Source: the human T2T-CHM13v2.0 reference genome, Homo sapiens. From it: a stretch of DNA of 64,000 bases. The stretch's first letter is position 1. Each line of letters opens with the position of its first letter. The stretch lies in assembly GCF_009914755.1 (NCBI RefSeq), contig NC_060931.1. The stretch is one strand, 5' to 3'. The notes under the pieces are model-generated. The model saw nothing but the letters and a program-made list of their open reading frames with translations. It was not told where the DNA came from and searched no databases. A program made the translations under genes and the position numbers. Below are positions 12,471-25,662 of the stretch, one piece after another.

Positions 12471-13696
12471 TGTTGATGAAAGAAGCCAAACTCTGTAAAA
12501 TATTTGAAGAGATTTATTCTGAGCCAAATTGGTGACCATGACCTGTAACACAGTCTCAGGAGGTTCTGAGAACATGTGGCCCAAGGTGGTTAGTTTACAG
12601 CTTGGTTTTATACATTTTAGGGAGATAGAAGTTACAGGCAAAGACATAAATCAATACATGTAAGGTATACATTGGTTTCACCTGGAAATGCAGGACATCT
12701 CGAAGTTTGGAGGCTTCCAGGTCATAAGTAGATTTGATGCATGGTGGGCAAGCCCCAAAACTGGGGCATAGCCGGGAACGTTCTTGGCTTCACCCAAGAA
12801 AGAATTCAAGGGCGGGCCTGTGGTGTTAGACGGCATCTTTTATTGAGTACAGCAGCAGAGGTACTGCTCCTCGCGAAGCAGGACTACCCATAGGCAGTGT
12901 GCTCCGCGCACAGCTCAGGGGCAGTTTTGCAGTCATATTTACACCCACTTTTAACTACATGCAAATTAAGGGGTGGGTTATCCAGAAATTCCTAGAAAAG
13001 AAGTGGTACCTTCCGGATGTTGCCACAGCAATGGTGGGGCTGTCTCGTGGAGAGATGCTTTCAATGCCTCTTCCCTATTTTAACCAGTCTTCCATCTGGT
13101 CTGGAGTTGAGTCCCGCCTCCTACCTCAGATTCAAAGATTCCCCAATTGGCAACTGGTTGAGAGTTAAGCTTTGTCTGTTAAGTCAGCTTGAGTTAAGGT
13201 AAAGAGTGGGGGTTGTGGAAGCCAAGGTTCTTGTCATGTAGTCGAAGACTCCAGGTAGCAGGCTTCAGAGACAATAGATGTGGAGGTCTCTTCTCAGACC
13301 TTAAAAGATATGAGACTGTCTGCAAAAGAGAGACAGCTTTGCAGGGCCATTTTGAAAGATGCCAAAAAAGTATATTTGGGGGTAAAATACTTTTATTTCC
13401 TCCAGGGCCTGCTATCTGTCATGTGATGCGACACTAGAGTCAGGCTGAAATCGGTATTTTGTTGCTGCAAAGAGCTGTTTGTTTTGTCAGTCTTAAGATC
13501 TCTGTTTTAATGTTAACGCTGGTGAGTTGCGCCTGAATTCCAAAGGGAGGAGGGTATAATGATCCATGTCCCACCTTCTCACCTTCTCTTCCCATCAGGG
13601 CCTGAACTTTTTTTTCAGGTTTCTTTGTGTCCCCTCACTCATGAAGGGGGTCCATTCATCTGATTGGGGGCCTTAGAATTTTATTTTTGTTTTACA
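12471..13696 (-). mobile_element. MER4-family ERV1 solo LTR, interrupted by another LTR
   Basis: TG...CA ends. tgttgatgaaagaagccaaactctgtaaaatatttgaagagatttattctgagcc and ...ccttagaattttatttttgttttaca match recalled MER4 termini. Confidence 0.8.
12735..13128 (-). mobile_element. ERV1 solo LTR (MER66-like) nested in MER4
   Basis: TG...gagtcccgcctcctacctCA with a perfect 4-bp TSD GATT at 12731-12734 and 13129-13132. Confidence 0.8.
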
Positions 13697-14031
13697 AAGG
13701 CTTAAATATTGTAAGAAATTTTTCCCAAATTTCCTCTTATCTCATTGGAAATCACGAGAAGTTTAGTGAGTGACACTCATGTGAGAAGGCCTGAAAAGAC
13801 TCTTGTAGAAAAAAATGTTGAGAACACATACTTTTACCCTGGCTGAAATTCTGCCCTAGTCACATAAGGATGCTTCGTAAGCCCTTTATGTCTAAGCAGA
13901 ACAAGATGTGAATCTGGAATACAGATACACTTTTAAAGCAAAGATTATTAAACAGCAAATTTTAACAAGTAAACAATTAAAGTTAATACATGTCTGCTTT
14001 TACTAACTTCCTTTGTACCATCTTCCTTCAG

Positions 14032-14111
14032 AGACATAGAAGGCAGCGTGATGCATACAGTGCATTTATGGATCGTGTGGAAGAAAAGTTTACAAAGATA
14101 TGCAAGAGCAG
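14032..14111 (+). CDS. C7orf78: Same gene, coding exon D (80 nt, phase 0/2)
   Basis: Perfect branch point TACTAAC at 14001-14007, pyrimidine tract, tcag|AGA, donor AG|gtgggc. Encodes RHRRQRDAYSAFMDRVEEKFTKICKS. Confidence 0.8.
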
Positions 14112-14736
14112 GTGGGCAAAAAAATTAGGATTTGTTGTTAGATACTTATATTAACTCTTTAACATTACTACTCAATTTCTGTTTTAAATAAAACATATTT
14201 TATCATATAAGTGCTCTACTGTCATAGGAACTATAAGTGAAATAGTTGCATGGTGCTTAACTGTTTTAAGTGGAGCCTGAAAGAATCCAATCCCATTATC
14301 AAATAATTATTATTTGAGAATTTCATTGCAACCTGTTTCCTACGTGCATAATCACCTCTCACAGCTCTCTTTATTCACATGTCAATGTCATCTCTGAGAA
14401 GTGGGGAGGAGGGCAGATTAATGTAGTAGAGTTTGGGCTTTGAGTTTGGTGAAATGAATTCAAATTAAGAGTAATCCACCTGTAATTTGTGATCTTGGAT
14501 GATTTGCTTAAATTTTCTGATCCTATTTTCTCAGGTTTTTGGAGAATTAAATAAGATGATATATACAAACTGCTGGCACAGTCCCTCATATCTTCTTGAT
14601 TCAATTATTACTATTATTGTTAATGATAATATAGATATGGCCTTGCATGACCATGGAAAAGTAACATTACCTGTGGCTTAGTTTTCTCATCTGTAGAATG
14701 TCAGTAATAATAGTACCAACTTTGCAGAGTTACCAT

Positions 14737-15654
14737 TGAAATGGCTGCATTGTCTGGGGAATTAACCATGGTTCGTTGTCTTGTGTTGAGAAAGAATTCA
14801 GGACACAGACACATGTGGGTGGGTTAAGGAGCAGAAAGTTTAATAGAAGAAAGGAGAAAGGAGAGCAGCTCCTTTCCAGAGAGAGAGAAACATCGGAAAA
14901 AGGGGAAAGTAGGCCTACTGCAGCAGATTTTATAGGCAGGGTGGAGGAGGCGGTGTCTGATTTACATAGAGCCCACAGATTGATTCGATTAGATATGACA
15001 TTTACATAGCCTAGGCTGGCCACCCCACCCTAATCTTATTATGCAAATGGACTCTCCACTGACCAGTGCCATCTTGTCTGCTCCTTACTGTACATGTGGC
15101 TGGCAAAGGGAAGGGAAGATGGAGCCGCCATTTTGAACATGCCTGGTCCCAGGTAGTTATTTCCTACAGGCCAGCATTCACCTGTGGAAGCTTCTAGCTT
15201 GCTTGTCTGTGTCTGCAGCTCAATTTTACAGGCTGCTCTTTTTTAGGAAATGATTTGGGGCTGCTTTTCATTAAAAAGAAAAACCTGGCCGGGCATGGTG
15301 GCTCACGCCTGTAATCCCAACACTTTGGGAGGTCAAGGTGGGTGAATCACGAGGTCTGGAGTTCGAGACCAGCCTGACCAACATGGTGAAACCCTGTCTC
15401 TACTGAAAATACAAAAAATTAGCTGGGTGTAATGGTGGGCGCCTGTAATCCCAGCTCCTTAGGTGGCTGAGGCAGGAGAATCACTTGAACCTGGGAGGCA
15501 GAGGTTGCAGTGAGCCAACATTGTGCCACTGCACACCAGCCCGGATGACAGAGTGAGACTCTGTTTCAAAAAAAAAAAAAAAGAAAAAGAAAAACCTTAC
15601 TGAAGCCTCCCATACCCTATCTGCCTGATTAATTTTTTCTTAACTCCTGTACCA
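14737..15654 (-). mobile_element. MER50 ERV1 solo LTR, inserted in a MIR and carrying an Alu
   Basis: TG...ttcttaactcctgtacCA; TSD ccat/ctat; homologous to 41119-42059. Confidence 0.85.
15287..15583 (+). mobile_element. AluS inside MER50
   Basis: Full Alu; TSD aaaaagaaaaacct at 15273-15286 and 15584-15597. Confidence 0.97.
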
Positions 15655-16185
15655 CTATGAATAGTCGAAGTTTGCATTTGTGAAACACTTGGAATACAGC
15701 ACACGACACTTAGTACTTGCTATCTAAGTATTTTATGAATAACAATTCAAAACTATGCTTTTTTTGCATACAATATAAAATATATATAATGTCTAGAGCT
15801 TTCTGGAAGATGAGAGAGGCTACTCAGTAAGATTGATCTTTGGATTTCTATGAGGGAGTACACAGAGTGAACAGTCAGCAGACAGCTATCTCTAGGAGGA
15901 CCACAGGACAGATGAATATAAAAAGAGTAGATATGTGACCAGAAAGCTGTCTCCAGATGGGTAAGAATTTGTTTTAAGTGGTGGATATAGAGTCATCCTA
16001 CTAATGATTTAGGATGTAGACTTATCCTTACCAAGTTTACAAAATGGTCATCTTAAATTGCAAACATCCCGCTGTACATATATAAAATTCTTGATTCCTG
16101 TAGCATAGTGGGAGCTTCTCCTCTATAACTGATGTACTTGAGCTTGGTAATTGGTGGCTCAACATAAAAGAAAATGGCATGGTAG

Positions 16186-16835
<650 letters not shown>

Positions 16836-17692
16836 CCCAGCCACCAAAAGTTTCTTATAGTGGTTACAGAAAATCATAGATTATTACTGCTGCCTGTAAC
16901 ACTATGAATTCTCAGTCAGAACTTCAACTTTCATAGGTGTCACTGGGAAGCATACTTCAAAAGCAAATCTACCTCAGTATTTCACAGGCTTCTCAAAATA
17001 GAAATGTTTTCATCTGAAGTTGTAGTTCCTCTTATTTTTTCATTTTTTACAAATATTTGATATATTTAGCACACAGATCCCTATGAAGGTTCAAATAAAA
17101 TGGCTTTATTTTTCTCAAATCATGAATTTTAAATATGCTGTGTTGGATCTCCCTCCCCTCAGCTTGAGAACAACTTTGGCAGAGCCTATAGATTTTCAAC
17201 ATTTCATTTGTACTAGCCCTGTCATTTCTATAATTTAAACTCACATTCAGCCATGAAAAAGCTATGTAAGCAAATTTAAAAATTTTCCGTAATTTAAGAT
17301 TACGTTCAGCCATGAAAAATTCAGGATAAGAAATATATATGACTTCTATTTCACATCGTGCATAAAGAAGTAAATTCATGTGGATTACAGACCTAAATGT
17401 GAAAAGAAAACAATAACCTTTCTGCAATACATTTGGAGAATTAAATGATATCTTTAAAAGAACCACAAAAACACTATCTATAAAGAAAAAATTATTGAAT
17501 GTTCTACTTGAAACATGAAAACTACAAACTTCTGTTAAAATACATCATTAGGAGAGTGAAAAGGCAGACAGAGAGCTTAGAGAAAATATTTGCTACTCAT
17601 ATAAGCAAGAAAATGGTTTATATTAATAATATATAAAGAACTCATGCAAATAAATAAGAAATAGGCATGTAATCGAATGGAAAATAACAGGA

Positions 17693-17966
17693 GGCTGGGC
17701 ATAATGGTTCATTCCTATAATTCCAACACTGGTAAGCCAAAGTGGGAGGAACTCTTGAGCCCAGGAGGCTGAGACCAGCATGGACAACATTAGGAAATCC
17801 TGTCTCTACAAAACATTTAAAAAATTAGCCAGATGTGGTGGTACACACCTGTGGTCTCAGCTACACTAGAGGCTGAGGCGGGAGATTTACTTGAGCCCAG
17901 AAGGTTGAGGCTGCAGTGTTCTCTCCACTGCATTCCGGCCTGGGGGACAGAGCAAGACCCTGTCTG
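17693..17966 (+). mobile_element. AluJ
   Basis: Diverged Alu with J-type cttgagcccaggagg; tail converted to purine repeats. Confidence 0.9.
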
Positions 17967-17997
17967 AAAGAAAGGGAGGGAGGGAAGAAGGAAGGAG

Positions 17998-18053
17998 GGA
18001 AGGAAGGAAGGAAGGAAGGAAGGAAGGAAGGAAGGAAGGAAGGAAGGAAGGAA
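17998..18053 (+). repeat. (GGAA)14 microsatellite in the Alu tail
   Basis: 14 consecutive GGAA units. Confidence 0.98.
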
Positions 18054-18210
18054 ACAGATTTCATACAAGAAGATCTCTAAATGACAAAACATGAAAATGT
18101 GTTCATCTTCACAAGTAATCAGGGAAATATGCAGTAAGATGCACAATGGACTACTATTGCACACCCACCAAAATAGCCAAAATAAGAAGATAAACAACAG
18201 GAAGCATAGG

Positions 18211-20504
18211 TTTATTCATCCATTTTCATGCTGCTGATTAAGACATACCCAAACTGGGCAATTTACAAAAGAAAGAGGTTTATTGGACTTACAGTTCCAC
18301 ATGGTTGGGGAGACCTCACAATCATGGTGGAAGGCAAAGAGGAGCAAGTCACATCCTATGTGGATGGCAGCAGGCAAAAAGAGAGCTTGTGCAGGGAAAC
18401 TCTTGTTTTTAAAAACCATCAGATCTCATGAGACCCATTCACTATCACAAGAACAGCATGGGAAAGAACTGTCCCCATGATTCAATTAGCTCCCACTGGG
18501 TCCTTCCCAGAACACATGGGAATTCAGGATGAGATTTGGGTGGGGACATAGCCAAACCATATCATTCCACCTCTGGCCCCTCCCAAATCTCATGTCCTCA
18601 CATTTCAAAACCAATCATGCCTTCCCAACAGTCACCCTAAGTTTTAACTCATTTCAGAATTAACTCAAAAGTCCACGGCCCAACATCTCTTCTGAAACAA
18701 AGCAAGTCCCTTCTGCCTATAAGGCTATAAAATCAAAAGCAAGTTAGTTACTTCCTAGATACAATGGCGGTACAGGCACTGGGTAAATACAGCAATTCCA
18801 AATGGGAGAAATTGGTCAAAACAAAGGGGCTACAGACCCCATGCAAGTCCGAAATGCAGCACAGCAGTCAAACCTTAAAGCTTCAAAATGATCTCCTTTG
18901 ACTCCATGTCTCACATCCAGGTCATGCTGACACAAGAGGTGAGTTCCCATGGACTTGGGCAGCTCCACTCCTGTGGCTTTGCAGGATACAGCCTCCCACC
19001 CAGCTGCCTTCATGGGCTGGTGTTAAGTGTCTATGGCTTTTCCAGGCACACAGTACAAGCTGTCAGTGAATCTACCATTCTGGGGTCTGTAGGACAGTAG
19101 CCCTCTTTTCACAGCTCCAATAGTTGGTACCCCAGTGAGGACTCTGTGTGGGGGCTCCCACAGCACATTACCTGTCTGTACTGCCCTAGCAGAGGTTCTC
19201 CATGAGGACCCCATCCCTACAGCAAACTTCTGCTTGGGCATCCAGATGTTTCCCTACATTTTCTGAAATCTAGTCGGAGGCTCCCAAACCTCAATTCTTG
19301 ACTTCTGTGCACTCACAGGCTCAACACCATGTGGAAGTTGCCAAGGCTTGAGACTTGCACCCTCTGAAGCCATAGCCTGAGCTCTACGTTGGCCTCTTCC
19401 AGCCATGGCTGGAGCAGCTGGGACATAAGGCACCAAGTCCCTAGGCTGCACACAGCACGGGGACCCTGGTCCTGGCCCATGAAACCATTTTTTCTTCCTA
19501 GGCCTCTGGGCCTGTGATGGGAGGGACTGCCAAAAAGTTCTCAGACATGCCGTGGAGACATTTCCCCCATTGTCTTGGGGTTTAACATTCAGCTTATCAT
19601 TACTTATGCAAATTTCTGCAGCCAGGTTGAATTTCTCCTCAGAAAACGCTTTTTTTCTTTTCTATCACATTGTCAGGCTGCAAATTTTCTGAACTTTTAT
19701 GCTCTGCTTCCCTTATAAAACTGAATGCCCTTAACAGCACCCAAGTCACGTCTTAAATGCTTGGCTGCTTAGAAATTTCTTCTGCCAGATACCCTAAATT
19801 ATCTCTCTCAAGTTCAAAGTTCCACAAGTCTCTAGGCCGGGGGCAAAATGCTGCCAGTCTCTTGGCTAAAACATGACAACAGTCACCTTTACTCCAGTTT
19901 TCAACAAGTTCCTCATCTCCTTCTGAGACGACCTCAGCCTGGACTTTATTGTTCATATCACTATCAGCATTTTGGTCAAAGCCATTCAACAAGTCTCCAG
20001 GAGTTTCCATACTTTTGCACATTTTCCTCTCTTCTTCTGAGCCCTCCAAACTGTTCCAACCCCTGTCTGTTACCCAGTTCCAAAGTCGCTTTCACATTTT
20101 CTGGTATCTGTTCAGCAGCATCCCAGTCTACCAGTACCAGTTTACTGTATTAGTTCATTCTCACACTGCTGATAAAGACATACCCAAGACTGAGCAATTT
20201 ACAAAAGAAACAGATTTATTGGACTTACCGTTCCACATGGCTGGAGAGGCCTCACAGTCATGGCGGAAGGTGAAAGGCACATCTCACATGGCAGCAGACA
20301 AGAGAAGAGAGCTTTTGCAGGGAAACTCCCATTTTTAAAGCCATCAGATCTCGTGAGACTCATTCACTATAACAAGAACAGCACAGGAAAAACCTGCCCC
20401 CAGAATTCAATCACCTCCCACTGGGATTCTCCCATGGCACATGGGAATTGTGGGAGTTACAATTCAAGATGAGATTTGGGTGGGGATACAGCCAAACCAT
20501 ATCA
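18211..20504 (-). mobile_element. Full-length THE1 MaLR: LTR 20146-20504, internal 18565-20145, LTR 18211-18564
   Basis: Two THE1 LTRs each ending gccaaaccatatca and a perfect 5-bp TSD ATAGG (18206-18210, 20505-20509). The ORF remnant 19753..20049(-) is THE1-int-like. Confidence 0.95.
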
Positions 20505-20982
20505 ATAGGCAAGGGTATAGAGCAATTAGAACTCCTATACACTGCTTGAGGGGGAAGAATTGGAACAAGTACTTTGGAAAAATATTTTGCAATATATTCT
20601 AAAGTTGGATGTATACATACATATAACCTATGACACAAAATTCCATTCTAAATGCTGTATAATTAGCTGATATATAAGATATATTTGTATGCACTAAAAG
20701 ATATATATAGGAATGCTTATAGCAGAATTGCTTGTGATAACCTTTACATTAGAGACAAGTCCAATGCCAATAAATAATAGAATGTATACATAAAAGTATC
20801 CATTTATGGTATATTTACACAATAGATTATACAGCAAAGAAAATGAACAAAATGTTGCTATATGCAAGCAATAGGGATGAGTCTCACAAACATACTTAGG
20901 AGTTTTTTAAAAGCCAGATGCTCTATATATGTACAATGTATATATATATACACATATCTGTATATACTGCATTATTATTCCA

Positions 20983-21051
20983 TTTATATAAAGGAAAACT
21001 CTTGTCCACATGTAAGAAATCAGGAAGTTGGCTTCCTTTGGTTTGAAGGAA
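20983..21051 (+). repeat. 69-bp segment, copy 1 (inside old L1)
   Basis: 67/69 identical to 23114-23182. Confidence 0.95.
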
Positions 21052-22214
21052 AGGAGTACAATAACCTTCTGGGTCCCAGAAATGTAGTATTTTCTGACCT
21101 TGATGTTGGTTACATAGATGCATTCACTTTGTGATAACTCCATAGAAATATTTATTTAATATCTATGCACTATTATACGTACATGTAAAACTTTAATAAT
21201 TTTTTTAATTGGGAGATTCTTTGCAATTGTTTTAAATTTCAAAAAGAAAGAAAGAAAGCCTCATTCATTCTAAATTAACATTCTAATCTCACATCCAATT
21301 CAAAATTTGTTTGCTGTTTTCAACAAAATCCTGCCCTGTAGCTCCAGGATCTGGGGAAGAGAACGTTCTGTTGTTTCTCTCTTTCTGCACCTGTCTCAAT
21401 CACACTCCATTGCTTCTTGGTCTGCCTTTTATCTCCAAGGTGTTGGTGTCCAGAGGAGAAATGGAAGAAACAGGGGCAAAAAGCTCAGGTAACAGAGACT
21501 ACTGTAATCAGCCATGACATCCTCTGTGTGGCTGATGTTCAAATAGTGACTACTTATGGAGGACATTTTTGCGCATTATTCTCTGTCCTAGACAGAGGCC
21601 TCATTTGGCACAGTCCTCTGAGAACCAGCGTCCAGCAACTTGCCCTAAGTCCCTGCCTCAGCCCACTACCTCTTACAGGTCTGATAAGAGGCATCTTATC
21701 ATTGGTGGGATTACTCACAAGATGGCTGGAGCTCATCAATTTCATTAATTCACTGTGTTTACAGAACCCTCCATACGGCTCACCAAATGGCGTGAGTACA
21801 GAAGACCCCCGTTTTCCTTTCCCCTTTCCCTCACGTTGCGAGCCACCCATTTTTACATTTCTAGATAAGAAGTAGGCAGGATGCTCTATGATCAAATGCT
21901 CATCCTTAAAACCTCTTGGGGACATATATGAAACCACTCCTCTACCAGGAGCTCCCCAAACACCTTGTACTAAAGGGCTCCACAGGTGGCCTCTGCAGTT
22001 CTGTAGCTCAGCAAGCATTCATCCAGAGCAAGCCTGCTGGCTTCCTTCACCCATATGCACCCTTACTCTTTATAAATGATAATCCTGAGCATTCATGAAT
22101 TGGCTTTGCAGGGATTACCTTATTTTTTCCTTTCTCACAGAAATCAGAAATGGGTATTCCTCAGGGCTTTCCCCCAAGGGTAGTGATGCCTCCTTTAAAA
22201 GACAAAGCCTTTAG

Positions 22215-22537
<323 letters not shown>

Positions 22538-22642
22538 TTAATTCCTTAATTTGGACAGAAGAGAGGGTGAGAGTAGTTGGTCTGGCCTATTTACCTTTTA
22601 AAAAGCCCCATAGGGATAGAACTTCTAGCAGTTTCTTGATGG

Positions 22643-23099
22643 TGTTACCAAAACACCAGGGGTTTAGTCTAGGTCCTGCTGCTCACCACACAGAAAGCCA
22701 ATCACTGAGACAATGAGTATTGCCAAAGAAGAAGTCTTTAATCAGGTGCTGCAGTCAAGGAGATGAGAGCTCAGGCTCAAATCCATCTCTCTAACTGACT
22801 AAACCTATGGGTTTATATAACATTCTTCTGTAGAAAGAAATGTAACAATGTGTAAGAAACAGGAACTAGGGAGAGGCAAGGATGCAATCATGATGAATGA
22901 GGGCTCCAGGCTTCTCATTGTTAGGATGTCATGATCTGGTGAGTTTCACTTCTTGGATACCTTTTTAAGAGGCCTGAAGGTGCTTTCCTGAGGAAGGAAC
23001 TCAGATAAAACAAATGTAAGCTTCAAGCTTTAAGAACAGAAAGGTCAATTTCTATGTGTATCAAAAAGAACAGTCTATGGGATTATTGGGTTGGTTTCA
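22643..23099 (-). mobile_element. ERV solo LTR (LTR47-like, subfamily uncertain)
   Basis: TG...ttgggttggtttCA with perfect TSD ATGG (22639-22642, 23100-23103). Confidence 0.75.
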
Positions 23100-23113
23100 A
23101 TGGAACATAGGAG

Positions 23114-23182
23114 TTTATATAAAGGAAAACTCTTGTCCATGTGTAAGAAATCAGGAAGTTGGCTTCCTTTGGTTTGAAGGAA
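23114..23182 (+). repeat. 69-bp segment, copy 2
   Basis: Duplicate of 20983-21051. Confidence 0.95.
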
Positions 23183-24643
23183 CCAACCTGTCTCCTAGTT
23201 TTAGCTTTGAGGCTTTTCCTCCATTTCAAGGCAACAGGAAACACATCCCATTTCCACATCCTTTAAAAACTTATAGCCCTTCTCTAAAGGAGCTCCTGTC
23301 TCCCCTCACCTAAGTGGGAAGCCTCATTGTAACACTTCCCTGCACTATTCTACCCTACTGGTGCTAATACAGAAGGAAAAGTTGAATTGTGTAAGACAGG
23401 ATGTATTTAGAATTCCTTAATTTTTGCAGCTTTTAATTGGCATTTATACATCAAACTCAGTAATGTGCAATCATTTTCATAGGCATAACCTCACTCAATT
23501 GTCTTCAGACTATGCAGTGTTTAGTCAGGTATTATAATTATTATTATTGTTGTTATAATTTTATAAGCTGGGAAACTAAAGTCTTCACTGGGAATTTAAT
23601 GTTAACATCACTTATTCAAGATGGCACTCCAAAACACCTTGTACTGTTGCCCTCAGTTGCATGTGCATGCTTTCTGGTAAGTACGAAAAATAAATTTGAC
23701 CGTTTGGCCAACAGAGTATAGTTCTACTTCCACATCATAGTTGTAGTCATGTTCAACCATTCTTTTTTGTTATCATGCCTTTATAAGCTTGGTTTTAGTT
23801 ATTTCTGTAGTGAATAAGAGGATTAAGCAAATGACATCTAGCATTTGCAGCCAAGTTTCTTGTCCCAGGAGTGACCTTTCAGGTAAGTCTCACCCTTTAT
23901 AGAAACTGATTCAGTGAATTCTGTTCACACATTTCTCTTTTGTTCATTTAGATAGCTGAGGGACCAAAACAGCATAGGGCTTCCTGAACTCTGGCCTGAA
24001 TGTTCATCTCCCGTGCATTTCCCAGTGAGAACATTGATGAATTCTGGCACCTTCCTGGATTCTACAGAAATCTGCACTCTCCCAGAGGCATGAGAAAGTG
24101 CTAAAACAACAAATGAAAGTTGCATAATTTGAAATTCCCTTGTTACCACAGGGATCAGAATCCAATCATAAGGCTTTTGATTTAGTTTGTGAAAGTTAGA
24201 TCTTGCAACTATGAGTGGAAATGCTGATAATGTGCTTTCTGTTAATGTCCAAAGTTAAAGATGCTCTAGTCTCAGGTAAAGCTAATGTGAGACAAACAAC
24301 AATAATGCTTACTAATTTTGACCACCATGTTTCTCTAAGGCCAAAGATTGCAAATTTTATCTGTTTGCCTCCTTCATAGAAATAAGAATTCTCTGGATAT
24401 AGCATATATTCTACTAAAGGATGACTGTTATGCTGTGTGGGAAAGTAATAGTTAAAAATCAAATATTTTTACTTTAAAAAATAGAGAACAAGGTAGCAAC
24501 CAGAATTGAAGTCACTGAAATATAAATGGGGCACTTTCCCAGAGGATGTCATCCAAAGACAAAAAAATAGGAAAGTTTAATTCATGACACAGTGAAGTTC
24601 TTCTACGGTTTAAATTGTTCCTAGAAATAGATTTTATTTTCAG

Positions 24644-24663
24644 GAATCATAGGATACCAGATG
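24644..24663 (+). CDS. Candidate 20-nt microexon of the same gene (phase 2/1)
   Basis: attttattttcag|GAATCATAGGATACCAGATG|gttagt. Keeps frame after exon D (R-N-H-R-I-P-D). Confidence 0.4.
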
Positions 24664-24859
24664 GTTAGTGATAGTGTTTATTTCTGAAAAAAAAAAGAAG
24701 AAAAAGAAAAGAAAAGAAAAAGAGTATATGTATGAGCTTTGTGTTCACATATACAAGGTGGCATAGGTTGAAATAATCAACATTTATTTAGTATGTTTAT
24801 GGCATATTGAAATCAATATTTGAATCTTCATTTTTCAGTTTTTTCTAATACACTTTAAG

Positions 24860-24936
24860 AAGCTTCTCTGAGACACTCAAGTATATCAAAAGAGAGAAGA
24901 TCTCCAAGTAACAGAAATAATAAATGTCCTTCTTAA
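24860..24936 (+). CDS. Candidate last coding exon (EASLRHSSISKERRSPSNRNNKCPS*)
   Basis: Acceptor cactttaag| at 24859, open to TAA 24934-24936. A competing acceptor tttttcag| at 24838 would instead give VFSNTL*. Confidence 0.35.
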
Positions 24937-25105
24937 AGAACACCAGGCTTGGAGAATTTATAGTTCCAACTAGAAGGAAAGGTCTGTCTTTTAACATGTT
25001 AAAATAATTTTCTAAATTTTTGTTTAAATATTTTGAGGGAAAGAAAACAAATGACTTGAAACTTCTTTGCTTCTGATCAAGATTTGATGATTATAATTGA
25101 AAATT

Positions 25106-25203
25106 AATAAAAGGGGAGGGTAGGATTTAATGCTATTGCCAGTTTTATCAAATGGATTATCCTATCACCTTTCCAATTTCACTATGAAAACTACTGAAAT
25201 AAA
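25106..25203 (+). terminator. Candidate poly(A) signals for the upstream gene
   Basis: AATAAA at 25106-25111 and 25198-25203, downstream of the candidate stop. The AT-rich context makes chance matches likely. Confidence 0.3.
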
Positions 25204-25505
25204 GGCAAGTACGTATTTAATAGCATTGTTGACATAAGCAACATTAAGTGGAAAGATGAGGCAATGAAATTAAATCATTTCCCAAAGGATATTTTGCATA
25301 ATTTAAGTTCCCTGGAATTTTAATGTGTAATTCTTGAAAAGAAATGTGCTCTTTAGAAAAAGAAATGCAGCAAATACTGGATTAAATAAATCAGATACCT
25401 GAATTTACTCAGGTTATGCGAGTAGAAAGGCTGAAATGCCCCAGGACTTAGTCCTAGGCCTGATCTCTTTCTTATCTATATACACTCTCTTGGTAATCTC
25501 ATCCT

Positions 25506-25662
25506 TTTATTTTTTTTTTTTTTCTTTTAGAGACAGAGTCTCTCTTTCTTGCCCAGGCTGGAGTGCAGTGACACAGTCATGGCCCACTGTAAACTCCTGC
25601 AGTGACACAGTCATGGCCCACTGTAAACTCCTGGCTTTGATTCTCCCACCTCAGCCTCCTCC
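25506..25662 (-). mobile_element. Alu/FLAM fragment with an internal 34-bp tandem duplication, within L2-like sequence
   Basis: T-tail plus agagacagagtctc...cccaggctggagtgcagtg; tgcagtgacacagtcatggcccactgtaaactcc occurs twice. Confidence 0.85.

Larger units (their letters stand above)
17340..21210 (+). mobile_element. Old L1M 3' region, split by an AluJ and a full THE1
   Basis: tggattacagacctaaatgtgaaa, aaaatgtgttcatcttcacaagtaatcagggaaat and gggatgagtctcacaaacata are L1 ORF2-end/3'UTR-like, in order either side of the insertions. Confidence 0.75.

Noticed and set aside
18816-20338. ORFs within the THE1 internal region
   Set aside because: Fragmented remnants of the MaLR internal ORF and its antisense; not a host gene.
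21417-22018. 152-aa (+) and 154-aa (-) overlapping ORFs in unique sequence
   Set aside because: No recognisable domain. Only the 49-nt segment 21440-21488 has exon-like boundaries and is reported as a candidate.
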